Below the pieces are notes generated by a model. The model was not told the origin of the DNA. It did not search any database and saw only the letters and a list, made by a program, of their open reading frames with translations. A stretch of 63,734 nucleotides of DNA, filler included, from Octopus bimaculoides (Eukaryota): NCBI RefSeq assembly GCF_001194135.2. It is 4 parts of 4 records of this genome, joined end to end, with 100 filler letters (N's around TTAATTAATTAA, not from the genome) between each part and the next. Parts side by side here need not be neighbours in the genome. Positions count along the whole stretch, not along the records: positions 1 to 28,011 come from NC_068984.1; 3 more parts are not named here. The stretch is one strand, 5' to 3'. Every line of letters starts with the position of its first letter. Within the stretch, counting starts at the first letter, position 1. The position numbers were made by a program, and so were the translations under genes. Shown piece after piece: positions 1 to 12,392 of the stretch.

Positions 1-52
<52 letters not shown>

Positions 53-247
53 ATATATGTAGATACATATAAATAGATATATGTATATATACACACATAC
101 GTATATACATTCATACTTACATACATACATAAACACCCACACACCCCCACACACACACTCACACACATATATTTATATCTATATGAGAAAAGTCTATTGT
201 TCACTTTACTATATTTCAGTAAGCCTTTTGTCTTTTTATTTTTCAAG

Positions 248-301
248 ATACCCTACTTTGGACAGGTTGAACTCCGAGGCTGTTGGTGACATGCTGCTGA
301 G
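248..301 (+). CDS. Candidate 54-nt internal exon (phase 2/2), peptide YPTLDRLNSEAVGDMLL
   Basis: Polypyrimidine tract ending ttttcaAG (246-247) and donor GAG|GTAATA (302). The length is a multiple of 3, only one frame is open, and GC is higher than in the flanks. I do not recognise the peptide. Confidence 0.35.
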
Positions 302-1209
302 GTAATACAATGATTTCCAGCCAGGACCGACGTCGATAGTTCATATCTTGGTAAATGCACTTGGCAAATATAATCTCAAGTGTAGCACATTTGAAACAAA
401 ATTAAATTTCGAACTAAAAGCAACTCTAATAATGTAAACGTTATCAGTCCTATATCTATAGTATATGTTTTTCGACGCTATACCACAGGGAATTGACATA
501 TAAACAAAATGTACCGAAGAACTGCAATGATAGCGAAATATCGATATGTATCATTCTCGCTCATCTCAATTGGTCTCAACTGGTCTAGGATATTCAGTGT
601 TCTTTAACCCTGGGCTTTATGCAGGAAGCTTTTTCAGGACACTGTTCCGCAGCAAATTGGCTTACAAACAAGCACATACACAATGTATGTACGACCGTTA
701 ATCTTTACAAATGTGTGTGTGTTTGTATGTGAAAGCACGCAAATTCTCATATAAAACATAGACATATGTACTTGCGTGTGTATATATACGACCGTGAGTG
801 TTTCGGTACGCGTGTGCACGTCTATTCCCACATGTAGAATACATTGAATTAGCCGGAAAATAGATCGGACTTAAACAAAAATATACAGAAAGGAAAAGAA
901 AACAAAGGGTGGTGCTTTGTGGCATCGCATATCGATATGAGTTTAACCTTCTGATTTACGGTTCATGAACTTTATTGTGTTCTTTAGTGGTTTATTCAAT
1001 AATAGTTTTGATTCCTTGCAGAAAATAACTTAAGTTTCTGATGCTTAATACGAAAGTCCGTAGCGTAACCTAAACAGTATCTACTACTAAGTATTACGAA
1101 TGGAAACCAAAAATAAATATGAATGAAATGGTTTAAGTATGACAATACTGCACCTGTATATACATCAGTTTCCTTTATAAAATTTATTTCAAATAGTCTG
1201 CTACATTTC

Positions 1210-1592
1210 TTTTAATTGTGTCAATCATCAGAGTGCGAATGTGTTGGGTTCGTCGTCTAGAACAGTCTTAGGAGGACGAATCGATTTTAGTACTTATTTT
1301 TTAAAAGCCAGGTGCTTATTCTATCCATATATTTCGCCAAACCGCTATATTACGGGGACATAAGCAATCCAAGATCGCTTGTAAAGCGGTGGTAGGCTAA
1401 AAACAAACAAACACAAATACGCACACACGTATGCGGTAGGTTCCTTCTGGTGTTTGTCTACCAAATCGACTCACACGGATTTGGTCGGCCCTAGGCTACT
1501 GGCTATAGTAGATGATAATTGCCCAAAGGGCCACGCAGTAGGAATGAATGAGGAACGATGTAACTGGTAAGCGAACTTCTTAACAAACTGCC
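1210..1592 (-). mobile_element. Degenerate tRNA-derived SINE, family A (CORE-like body)
   Basis: Reverse-complement similarity to the better-preserved copies at 53755-54160 and 54360-54732. Confidence 0.75.
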
Positions 1593-2683
1593 ATCAATCC
1601 TTAATGTGTAATAAAACTACCTATGGGGAAGTGTGTGTAATTCAATGAACCTACACGAAGACGCCATGCAATATATACGAACTGCTAGTTTAAAAATGAA
1701 ATTTTACTAAACCGATTTCTTGAACTAGATGCAATGCTTTTAAGTGAAAAAAAGCAGTCAACTAAAAACTTATTTTTTTAAAGAAAAACATCTTCTTTCT
1801 GACGTATGCTAAAATAAATATAAATAACCTAAAAGTTTTTAAACTTCCGTAATATGTCAGCTCTATAATTTTTGGAAAATGTTTTCAAGTAATTTTCCTG
1901 CTTTTTCTAGATTATTTATTTAAAGGCAGCTTAAATAAATATAGCAAGTTAATTGTCAGAGTATAAAACGTATATTTTTTATTTCGTTCATCTTAAAATT
2001 CAACACACCGACAAGAGAGTTTACATATTAAACAACCACTTCCTAAGATGAATGTTAAGAGATTCATTCTTGTAATTTTAATCAAAAGCAGCTGCTTTAT
2101 TTTCGCTAATTGCATCCATTTGGGATAACAGCAGTTGCAGTAAATAGACTGCTCAATTAGCAATTTTAACTGTTTAGCTGCTTCATTTCTCTACATGAAT
2201 ACTAAACAATAATCATTGTATACTCTTGTATTTAATAGTATCAGTAAAATATTCCCTGTCTCAAGTATTTACCAGCGTTGTCTTAGTTTTACTTTTATTA
2301 CTCTATAGTTTCATTTTCATCTTAATTATGCGATGTCTAATGATGACTTAAGTGAAAGAACTAGAGTTTGCTAGTTCAAAACCTTTGAAAGCATAAGAAC
2401 AGAAAATTATGCAGAACTGCTTCGAATAAAGAAATTACAAAACAAAACATATATCGTAATATATTTCCAGATATTATATGTAGATGCACTATATTAGCTG
2501 TTGAAGTATACCTTTAATTATTTTCTAGATTAAAAATTTATTTGTTAATTCTCATTTAAATTTGTAACGAATTTGTTTCTTGCATCGCATTCGCTTCTTG
2601 TTTCCTCCAGGGAATTTTTAAAGACATACCTTAGTTGCAATAATTTCATACGCAAGATTCCTGTTCATTTTTTTTTTTTTTAG

Positions 2684-2861
2684 GGATACGAGACAGCTCT
2701 CTGTAGGGATTCTTTACTATAATACAAATTACCTTCGACACAACCGAGAAGCTTTGGCAAGGTCACTCAACTGCAATAAAGGAGAAGCTTCAAACCACAG
2801 CCTTCCTTCTTCAAAACATTACAAATTGCCCACATATATCTTTAAGGCTACTCTTTCGTAA
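2684..2861 (+). CDS. Possible terminal exon, phase-compatible with 248-301
   Basis: T-run acceptor ...tttttAG (2682-2683), followed by 58 open codons DTRQLSVGILYYNTNYLRHNREALARSL... to TAA at 2859-2861. An alternative acceptor lies at 2609-2610. No homology recognised. Confidence 0.2.
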
Positions 2862-3014
2862 AACAAACACTCAAGCTGCAAGAACTTCGGAGATAGCAGC
2901 TGAATTTTCTAGACTCCCTCATTCAGTGTTATGAGTGATGAAGCCATTCATAATGACAGTAAAATGTTTATTGACAATATTAGATTAAATCATTGCAAAA
3001 TTGCGGCTAGAATA

Positions 3015-3436
3015 TCTTTTATCTTTCATATTTTACTTGTTTCAGTCGTTTTTGACTGCGACCATTCTTGGGCACAGCCCTGAAGGGTTTTAGTCGAACA
3101 AATCTACCCGAAGACTTATTTTTTAAAACCTGGTAGTTATTTTATCGGCTTCTTTTGCCCGAACTGCTGAGTTACGGTGACGTAAACATACTAACACCGG
3201 TTTTCGAGTGGTGGTGGGGACAAACACAGATGCAAAAACACATACACATAGATATATATACGCATATATATACAACGGACTTCTTTCAGTTTCCCTCTAT
3301 TAAATCCACTCACAAGGCTTTAGTCGACCCCAGTATATAATAGAGGACACTTGCTCAAGGTGCTACGCAGTGGGACTGAACCCGGGAATATTTGATTGAG
3401 AAACAGAATTCTAACTACACAGTCACATTTGCACCT
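3015..3436 (-). mobile_element. Near-complete family A SINE
   Basis: Head (cacttgctcaaggtgctacgcagtgggactgaacc), internal microsatellite and tail (tttacttgtttcagtc), all in reverse orientation. Confidence 0.85.
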
Positions 3437-3585
3437 GTATTTATGCTTGTAACCTATTTTAATTTTGCATTACCTATCGCATATTGCATTACCCTTGCAC
3501 ATAGGATTATATGTAGTTTTCCGTAATGCTATATAGATGGGATACTTTCTTGTCTGCTACCTATTGAATCTTACATCACCGTTTT

Positions 3586-3768
3586 TTAACCGGTGTTGGT
3601 TTGTTTAAATGCCCGTAGAATAACAGTTCCTCATAAAAAGAATCGATAGAATAAGTACGAGACTTAAAAAGTGTTGGGAGCGATTGTTTCGACTAAAACC
3701 CTTTATGGCGGTGCACCGGCATAGTCGGAGTCCATTAGTCCAACGACTGAAACAACATAAAATGTAAA
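3586..3768 (+). mobile_element. Family A SINE 3' half
   Basis: gatagaataagtac...cgactaaaaccc...gactgaaacaa motif series. Confidence 0.75.
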
Positions 3769-3773
3769 CGTAG

Positions 3774-3835
<62 letters not shown>

Positions 3836-3836
3836 C

Positions 3837-3867
<31 letters not shown>

Positions 3868-5826
3868 TGTATGTACGTGTGTGTGTGCGTGTGTGTGCGT
3901 GCTGGAGTTTGCCTGGCAATGAACATGGTCTCCGGTGCAAACTTTTGTTCATAAATTAATTAATGCATTATTTTTTGTTAATGTATTTACTAGTTACATT
4001 CTATAATATTCACTATCCAAAATGCTCAACCAACGAGTGATTATTGAACATTCTAATTAATATATAATTTTTTGTTGCATCCAAAACAATTTTGTAGAAA
4101 TTCTACTACGTATGACGACTAAATTTCCTAGTTAAACGACAAAAGGGATATTTCTCAACCATCTGCATTGAATCGTACGTGATACAATTTAAAATTGAAC
4201 ATTCTTAAAAAAAAATATTCCTTCTGATTTTAGCTTAGATGTATTAATCTAAGCTGAAGCAATATCGGAAATTTTCGGAACTAATATCAATATGCACAAA
4301 CCCAATAACGAATCCCAAGTTATATGTTTCAACGATTATTTTAAATAATGAGAGCTATGAAACTGAAAATATTCATCTAATAAAACATAACACTGTATAA
4401 TAATAATACTATTATTGTAACATGTAAACTGCCTAAATTAGAGTGAAATTATAGCCACGTACGATAAATTAGTGCAACCATCTAAGCTTTCGGTCGTTTG
4501 ACTGCAATAATTAGGATGCTGAATTTTAGCAGCAATTTTCGCATGCTGCGTTTACAGAATGACAGAACGACAGTCTAATAATTGCTGCCAACAGCATAAT
4601 AGGTTTTCACTGAATTCTAAATCCGTATTGCTTTTTCCCTCGAGTTAACTAAAGCCAAGTCCCACTTAAACATTCTGCGTCATTGAAGGCAATTTTGATA
4701 TACTATTGCAAAACTCCCTACAGTCATGTGAAATATAATCTACATTGCGAGTACATCAAATCGACCTACCTGAATTTCATCTCATTGTCATTAAAAAAAA
4801 AACTGAAGTGTTTCATAAGCCCTAAGGTATTTTACGGGTTGCAGTCCAGTTTCTATTGGACAGTTTTAAGTAGATGTGAAACAAATTCTCTAGATATGAA
4901 TCATTTCAAAATGATATAGTATTTGTTTCGTAGAGCCAAGAGAATTTATATATAGCTGCTTTGCAATTATTGGAGTCATTTAGCCACTGGTCAGTTTTAA
5001 ATATACGGCCACATGATCAAATTCTTTTCGGCTGCGACCTTCCCGTTACTTTCTCAGATTCAGTGACTCTAGAAAAATGGTATGAGATATGAGGAATCTT
5101 TGACAGCCATATCTAGAAAGTCGAGATTTTATGAAAGGTAAAAATGTTCCCAGCAAGATTATTCAGAAACAGAAATGCCGCTAAGCTTTTTGTTCGATGC
5201 ACTGCTAATTCTGCCGACTCGCTACAATTTTAACAGTATTAGGGCAGAAGGCCAGGAAATTTTAACAGATGTTGTAAGTTGATAATATTGACTCCAGTAC
5301 ATAGATGGTTCTTTAATTTATCGAAATCGGGAGGATGAAATGTAGGTAGAAGGCCGGGGCAAGTGTCACAAGTCATTAACGTCGACGATGACTACAACAA
5401 GAATGATAATATGAATTTCAAATTTTGGCACAAGGCCAGNNNNNNNNNNNNNNNNNNNNNNNNNNNNNNNNNNNNNNNNNNNNNNNNNNNNNNNNNNNNN
5501 NNNNNNNNNNNNNNNNNNNNNNNNNNNNNNNNNNNNNNNNNNNNNNNNNNNNNNNNNNNNNNNNNNNNNNNNNNNNNNNNNNNNNNNNNNNNNNNNNNNN
5601 NNNNNNNNNNNNNNNNNNNNNNNNNNNNNNNNNNNNNNNNNNNNNNNNNNNNNNNNNNNNNNNNNNNNNNNNNNNNNNNNNNNNNNNNNNNNNNNNNNNN
5701 NNNNNNNNNNNNNNNNNNNNNNNNNNNNNNNNNNNNNNNNNNNNNNNNNNNNNNNNNNNNNNNNNNNNNNNNNNNNNNNNNNNNNNNNNNNNNNNNNNNN
5801 NNNNNNNNNNNNNNNNNNNNNNNNNN

Positions 5827-5860
<34 letters not shown>

Positions 5861-6014
5861 CAAAATCATGTAGGACGGTGTATGAGAGAAAATAGTAATT
5901 CAGTGAAGGAGAAGTAGTGAGAGTAATAGCCCTGATTAAGAGACAGTGAAAGAAAGTAATAGCAATGAGAGAAAGGAAGTGGTTATAGATGAATAACGAA
6001 GGAAGGGTTGAACA

Positions 6015-6450
6015 AAATTAACGTTTCAATTCTGTGTGAGTACATGTGTGTATATGTATGTGTGTACAAGGGAGGTATGTGAATGAACGTGAACATTAAC
6101 AAATGTATTAATTTACCATCCATATCTTCTACTATAATACTCTTGTGTATTTCTGCGTCAAAACATATGAATGAGAAAGGACAGGGTGATACAGGAATAA
6201 GGAAGGAAGGGGTGATGGCAAACTTGGTAGTGGGATGATGGAAGCTCTATGATAAAAAAATCAAACAGCGTTTCAACTTTGCATAAGTATATGTGCGTGT
6301 ATATGAAAGGAAGTCAAGTGAATGAGTGTGTGTGTGTGCAATGGAAGTGGGATGGTGAACATTCAACGCTGAAAAGAAAAATCAAACAGCGTTTCAATTC
6401 TGTGAGTATATGTGTGTGTGTGTTCGTGTACAAGGGAAGTATGTAAATGT
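6015..6450. repeat. Three degenerate local direct repeats (cgtttcaattctgtg...gtacaagggaagtatgt)
   Basis: Related units at about 6015-6090, 6257-6335 and 6375-6450. Confidence 0.6.
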
Positions 6451-6540
6451 TTGTATCTGTGATTATTATGTACCTTTCTTTGTACTGTATATATAAAATG
6501 TGACAATTAGCCGTCATTTTCACGGTACGGGGTCAGCTGG

Positions 6541-6554
6541 TAATAATAATAATG

Positions 6555-6600
<46 letters not shown>

Positions 6601-6636
6601 TAATAATAATAATAATAATAATAATAGTAATAATGA
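6541..6636. repeat. (TAA)n microsatellite
   Basis: Direct inspection. Confidence 0.97.
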
Positions 6637-6639
6637 TAG

Positions 6640-6722
6640 AAGAGAAATTTGAGAAAGGACTGGATTGATTATCGCAAAGCTAATTTTATGATTCCACATT
6701 TGTGCGTCATCGAGTGCGACAT
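6640..6722 (+). pseudogene. R4-clade non-LTR reverse transcriptase fragment
   Basis: Translates KRNLRKDWIDYRKANFMIPHLCVIEC, resembling the R4-type motif NLxMAWIDYxKAYDxVPHSW. Confidence 0.55.
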
Positions 6723-6724
6723 TG

Positions 6725-7330
6725 AGGATGCTTGGATGAAGGCAGTTCCCTCCCGTAGCACTGGCACGCTAGGAACTTCTGGAGACTTTAACTGGCCCGA
6801 AATTCCTTCAGAATAAACCAGCCAGTCGGTTTTCACCCACGCCTGCATCTTCCCAAAGAATGTCGACGATTACAGCCGCCGCTGACCTACATGGAACACC
6901 AACGTGGAATTTTTAACAATCGCATAGCCCGACTTGTAGGAGACTGTGAGAGCCTGACAACATTGCAGTTACTAAGCGCCCTGTCTTTGTCTTTGCTGGA
7001 CCAAGACCTACTTTGCTGTCAAAGGAACGATCTTGGGAAACATGTGCATCACAAACACCGACTATACCTCTTCCTTGACAGGGAAATGAGGAATATGCCT
7101 CAGCCTTAGCATATGTTTGCACATTATTTGCTATGGCTTGTCCGGTCCTCAAGTCAGCAAATATTGACAACAAATGGAACATCTGACCAGTGGAATTCCT
7201 TCCTTACATATTTAATGGCAGGTGTTCCTGTCTCTTCAGATGTACAAAGATTAAGCATATTATGTGGCAGATGCGATCCAAAAGTTTGCAATTCTGCTCA
7301 ACCTTTCACGAATAACTTCCTCTCAACCTC
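6725..7330 (-). pseudogene. Highly degenerate R4-like C-terminal (RLE) region
   Basis: Scattered minus-strand motifs in the expected order: NCKLLDRI (~KILWD), DAHVSQD (~DVxxPxD), AVIVDIL (~PVIVGALG), GTAFI (~LLGTAxIL). Many frameshifts. Confidence 0.35.
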
Positions 7331-7379
7331 TTTGTGAATGAGACTGACCACCTTCTTTGTCCCCTCGTTCCAGTCCCAA

Positions 7380-7800
7380 TTTGAGTGTTCAGCCAAACTG
7401 TAGCTCGAATTCTCTTGAGCTAGATAGGAAATAAACAGGTCTTCATTTCAATCAAACGCTTCCAGCAAATCAGAGTGAGGTTAGTCCTTTTTCTCTTTCA
7501 AATTGTGTATCAACTACTAAGGTACCTACTTCTAGTTTATATACCATTTTCCAATACTCAGCCTTCCACCAACTCTGTAAAGCTTTGTCACCATGTTCAG
7601 TTTGGTAGCAAGGTCAAGGACCATGACACATCTCTCCGCACGGATTAATTCGCCCGCTCACCGGCGATTCGTGTCAATGTTGGCAGCTGATAGAATAACA
7701 TTGCATGATTTTCTTCAATGCTGGTTTCTCCGTCTTGAAACTTTTTCATCCATATGTATATTGCTTTTGTCCATGGTGTCATCTCCGTAAACTATATGAG
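7380..7800 (-). pseudogene. Mariner transposase N-terminal (HTH) fragment
   Basis: IYIWMKKFQDGETSIEE and ELIRAERCVMVLDLATKLNM resemble the mariner WxxxFxxGxxSxED and LIxxDRRxTVxxxAxxLxxS motifs. Confidence 0.5.
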
Positions 7801-10800
7801 GCTTTCTGTGCATGTCCGATGCGTTACTCTAATAATATCAGTTATTAAAAAAAAATGCCATTTTCAATTACTTTCAAAAGAGCACTCATATAAAGAAATT
7901 GTATTGAATAAAGTAAATATTTCTTCAATCATCAGTTATCCGTATATATCATGTTGGTCAAAGCATTATAGGTACGATGAAGTCGATAACTAGTAATCGT
8001 ACATAAAATCTTTTCTCTTTAAATGTAACGATATTGCGTGATGCTAACACGTCCTTCAGCAAGATAATGTATATTTCTTTAAGTTATCATTGTTGATTTG
8101 TAAATTATAACCAGTTTATTTCTTTCTACTATATTCTAGTGTAAGAATGTTTTTCATCTAATCTTGACAGTCACATAACGTTTCCTATAAATGACTGTAA
8201 ATGATGATCATCAGGTGACTAATGAGGTGACATTGACTTTCGGAAAGCAGTGTGCAGACGTGTTTCTTAGTCTGACAAGCTATCGTAATTGATTGTCTAT
8301 GAGAATGAGATAGTCTGTAACAAGTTATATACAGTTTTTGAAACTGTAACACATTCTTTCACAACAGCAATATCACGGAAAAATCTGTGTACAATGTTAA
8401 GTAAAACTTTGACCTTTCATGAAGCATTCAAGATTCTTTTCTGTGAAATAGACACTGCGTTCTTATAGGAACGAAACTGTGGTAGACTTTTTTTCTATTC
8501 TATTTATTAAGCTTATTGAACTTACTTTATATCTTGATACCAAATTGTCTTTGTATTTTATGTTATTTTGGAAAAGTGATAATGGGAAATTCCAGACACA
8601 TTCACATTTGAGAAATGCTCTGTAGCTGATAAAAGTGCAGCATTCGGAATCATGTGCTAAATAGCTTTTCCTCCATAATTTTTTGAACTCACATCATCTC
8701 CCACAAATTTTCATTGCTTAACACCTAATATATAAAACGGCGTCTGCAGGTTTCTAGTTGTACACTTTGGGTATCATTCTTATTTATGAAAGAGCAATTC
8801 ACAGACGGTGGATCACTTAGCATACAATAACTGTAGGTCTACTTCGCATCTACGACTGGGAATATATATATATTTCTGTTCAACTTCTTTTGCTCCCAGA
8901 TGTATACATATCGACAACCACTTTCGAAGATCATGTTAGTGAATGTAAACATGTTATCATATGTTTCGCAGAAAACAAAACAGTTAAACTCTGCATTGAT
9001 GTTTAATTAACAGAATGAGAACATAACCATGCATACACAATTATCATACTGTATTATATATATATATATATGATATACTGCCTTCACTCTTAGTGATATT
9101 CATCTCTACTATATCGGGTTCTATGGCTCTTTTAACAGGCTGATTTAAGAACATGTGTAATCAGTCCGTCTGATTCTTCTCAACTCATTCTTCATGTTGT
9201 GCCTTACCACACAGGCACAACATTAACTATTACATCAAGGCCTTCAGCTTAGAATACGGGCAATCTAGAAAACTAAAATGCCCCCTAACATATTTCTTTC
9301 CTCTCGTTCTCGAATTTCAACACTGTAATAAGAGCGATTATGGAATCTTTACGATCTCACTGATCTTAAATTGTTTGACTAAATGATATACTTATTTACT
9401 TCTTCCAGATCGAAATCATAAAAAAGAGGCGTAAAGTGTTTCACATAATAGCAAGATCTTGTAGCAACGTTTAATTAGATGCAACAGGTGTTGTTTTTTT
9501 TCCATATTATTCCTTTAACAATGATTTGGTCAGACTGTATTTTATCTGATAGAGTTTATCCTGGATTACCACTAGCCAATGTGTCAACTTTTTTTCAATG
9601 ACTATGGGACAGGTTTTGAGATAGGCTTATCAGTTATGTTTTGTGAGATGGGCAACCACGTAAGTGAACATAGCCAGTTGATATATTGCAATAAAAGAAT
9701 CGTTAAAGTTTATGGGAATGGAAAGTTTTCATATTGTTCTTTGTTGCTAATTAAGTGTCTTAGCTCCCTAAGTGTATGTCGTTACAAATATTTCGAGTCT
9801 TGATGGGTATTTATTTCCAAAGTTACGTAAGCTTTTATGACGTAATAAAAATTGTAATTATTAAAGCTCTTATACTTTGGCCACGTCGTTTTGGACAGTT
9901 ATGTAACATTTCTTTATGTTTGTATATTTCTAATTTGGTTTTCTCAAAATAAGTCCTCAAGTTTTTCACTTCATGCCCAGTAATTGAATTTATTTTATTG
10001 TCAACCTATAACTTATTTATAATAAGCAAGTTTCTAGTTTAATTGTATTTGAATTGTTAAAAATAGTATGATATCAAATTTTCGTGACATTAGACGAATA
10101 GAGAAATTGAAAGAAGTAGTTTCTTCTGAAAATAATGATTTTATTTTTAACCACTTGAGAAATCACTTAGACTTCTTATGGTAACTGAATCATACATACG
10201 TGGTAAGTTGTTGAAGCAAATTCAAGTTTGTTTGTGACATAATTCGTATTAAATTCGTAAAGCTAATATAACCCACTCAGAGAAATTTAACAAAAGTAAT
10301 TGTTATAATAAATACGTACTTTTTACTTGGCATTTAAGAAATTTTCTTTGCATTGTTTCCAACTATATTCACTTACAACCATCATGTACCTTAGATATTC
10401 ACACTCGTCCTATTAGAAAAATAACAATATAGTGCCGTTCGTTCATCTGGTTAGCAACTAAAACTTAGTGGTTTAAAAGCTATGATCGTAATTTCGTGAG
10501 CACTATTCACGGCGGCACATTCTGTCCATGAGGACGATGCTTTATTTCCCGTTGCTCCTTTTTGCTCTGTTAGAAAAAATGAGTTGTACTTGTAATTTAA
10601 AGAGTCACATCCTGTGTGAAGTTGAATCTCCACGAGAACTTTGTTAAAGGTATACGTGTCTGTGTAGTGCTCAGCCACTTGTATGTTAATTCCACCAGCA
10701 GGTTGTTCGCTTGATCGCATTAACTGGAACACTCGTCATGGTAACCGACGAAGCCAGTGCAAAACGTTGATTTCAAATCTGATGACAAATATATTACAAA

Positions 10801-10984
10801 AAGCAATACTGAGATACAATACTGGGAGAATAATACATTAAAAGTCAATTGCCTCATTATTCTAACATTGTTAAAATTGTTGGCTGCGCGACTTGCAAAC
10901 ACAACAACCACATTGCTCTCAAATATCTTAATTTCGTCTTTAAACTGATTCACATTGAATAATTTAATGATAGATACGCAATAA

Positions 10985-11027
10985 TACCTGAAGAACGGCC
11001 GAAGTATTCATAGCCGGAATATCGTTT
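10985..11027 (+). ncRNA. Very degenerate hammerhead-like motif (Penelope-type terminus)
   Basis: CTGAAGA, then cggc...gccg, then an altered GAAA. Stems I and III are imperfect. Confidence 0.25.
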
Positions 11028-11106
11028 AATATAGAACTTCTTTGTTAGGGCTGATTTGGGATTAAACAATTCTCAAAGTTAAGTTTTCATATCTCGATAT
11101 ATTCTA

Positions 11107-12392
11107 TTGAGTTGGCAAGAAAGTAATTTCGGTTTTTTAGTGTGAAATAAAAGTAATTTATTTTTTCATGGAAATAATTAACTTTAATCAGTTATATATT
11201 TTCCATTGTTTTCGATAACCTTTTACCGTTTTCTGTCAACTTCATGATTCCGCGCTCATAGAACTTCTGGTCCTTATCAGCCAAAAACTGATGCAAGTGA
11301 GTGCGATTTCAGGTAATCATCATTATTGAAAGTTTTAGTATTCAAAGAATTTTGCAAACTTCGAAATAAATGGTATCCTGATGATTCAGGATCAGGGATA
11401 TATGGTTGATGTGACATTAGTTTCCAGCCAAGCTCCAATAATTTTTCACGAGTTAGCAAAAACGGGTGTGGTCTAGTGCTGACATGGTGGAACACGATTC
11501 CTTTACAATTTGCCCATTCTGGCCGTTGTTTTATTTCATTGCTTCCTCCATATTCGTTGTTGACAGTAAAAATCTGATTTGATCGCTTAGTACCTTGAAA
11601 GCAGCACAAAATATACAACACCTTTGTAATCCCACCAAATTGATAGCATGACCGTCTTGGATGCAATTCAGGCTGTGATGTGGTTTGTGCTGGTTCATTA
11701 CGCTTGGACCATGATCGTTTTTAACTGCTGTTATAGTACACAATCCATTTTTCATCTGCAGTGATTATGCGTTTCAAAAGATGGTCGGTTTCATTGCGTT
11801 TGAGATGCATATCACAAATATTGATTCGTTGTGTTAAGTGAATCTTTTCAATTTATGTGGAACCCATATATCGAGCTTCTTAACGAGTCCAAGACTTGCA
11901 TTTTAATTGATTTTCAATCGTTGTGTGTGATACATTTAACATCTCTGCAATTTATATAAAGAATCAGATTTAATTATGGCTTTGATTCGGTCATCACCAA
12001 CTTCAGTAGGTCGACCAGAACGTTGGTCATCTTTGAGTGAAAAATCTTCAGAACGGAATTAATTTTAAAACCATTTCTGACATGTGCGTTCTCTTAAGCA
12101 ATCAACACGATAAACTTCACATATCTCTTTGTGTACCTCTGCAGCTTTCTTGCCTTTATGGAAATAAAAAAGCAAAATACGACGAAAATGTTCGTTTTTG
12201 CACTCTATCTTAAAACCGACACTGAATTAACGGCTGTAAACTAAATTACGCAGAATTTTCTTCTAAAGTAAGCTAAAAGTAACGGCTATCAAATGTCAAA
12301 AGGAAACAAACCATAGCATTGACAAAAGTCAATCAAAAACATCGTAACTCTATCTATTTGCGAAAAACGAAATTACTTTCTTTCCAATCCAA
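11107..12392 (-). mobile_element. Full-length decayed mariner (Tc1/mariner) transposon, 1286 bp
   Basis: TIRs TTGAGTTGGCAAGAAAGTAATTTCGG (11107) and the reverse complement TTGGATTGGAAAGAAAGTAATTTCG (ending 12392), each flanked by TA. The size is typical of mariners. Confidence 0.93.
11185..12208 (-). pseudogene. Mariner transposase pseudogene
   Basis: EHFRRILLFYFHKGKKAAEVHKEICEVY, DDQRSGRP, ELGWKLMSHQPYIPDPESSGYHLFRSLQNSL (~HPPYSPDLAPSDYHLF), FYERGIMKL. The start codon appears mutated to ATA, and there are stops and frameshifts. Confidence 0.92.

Noticed and set aside
8900-9500. Acceptor-like sites at about 8899 and 9409 as host exons
   Set aside because: Downstream frames close quickly and there is no good matching donor.
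10451-10732. 93-aa minus-strand ORF in comparatively complex sequence
   Set aside because: No recognisable domain or convincing splice sites.
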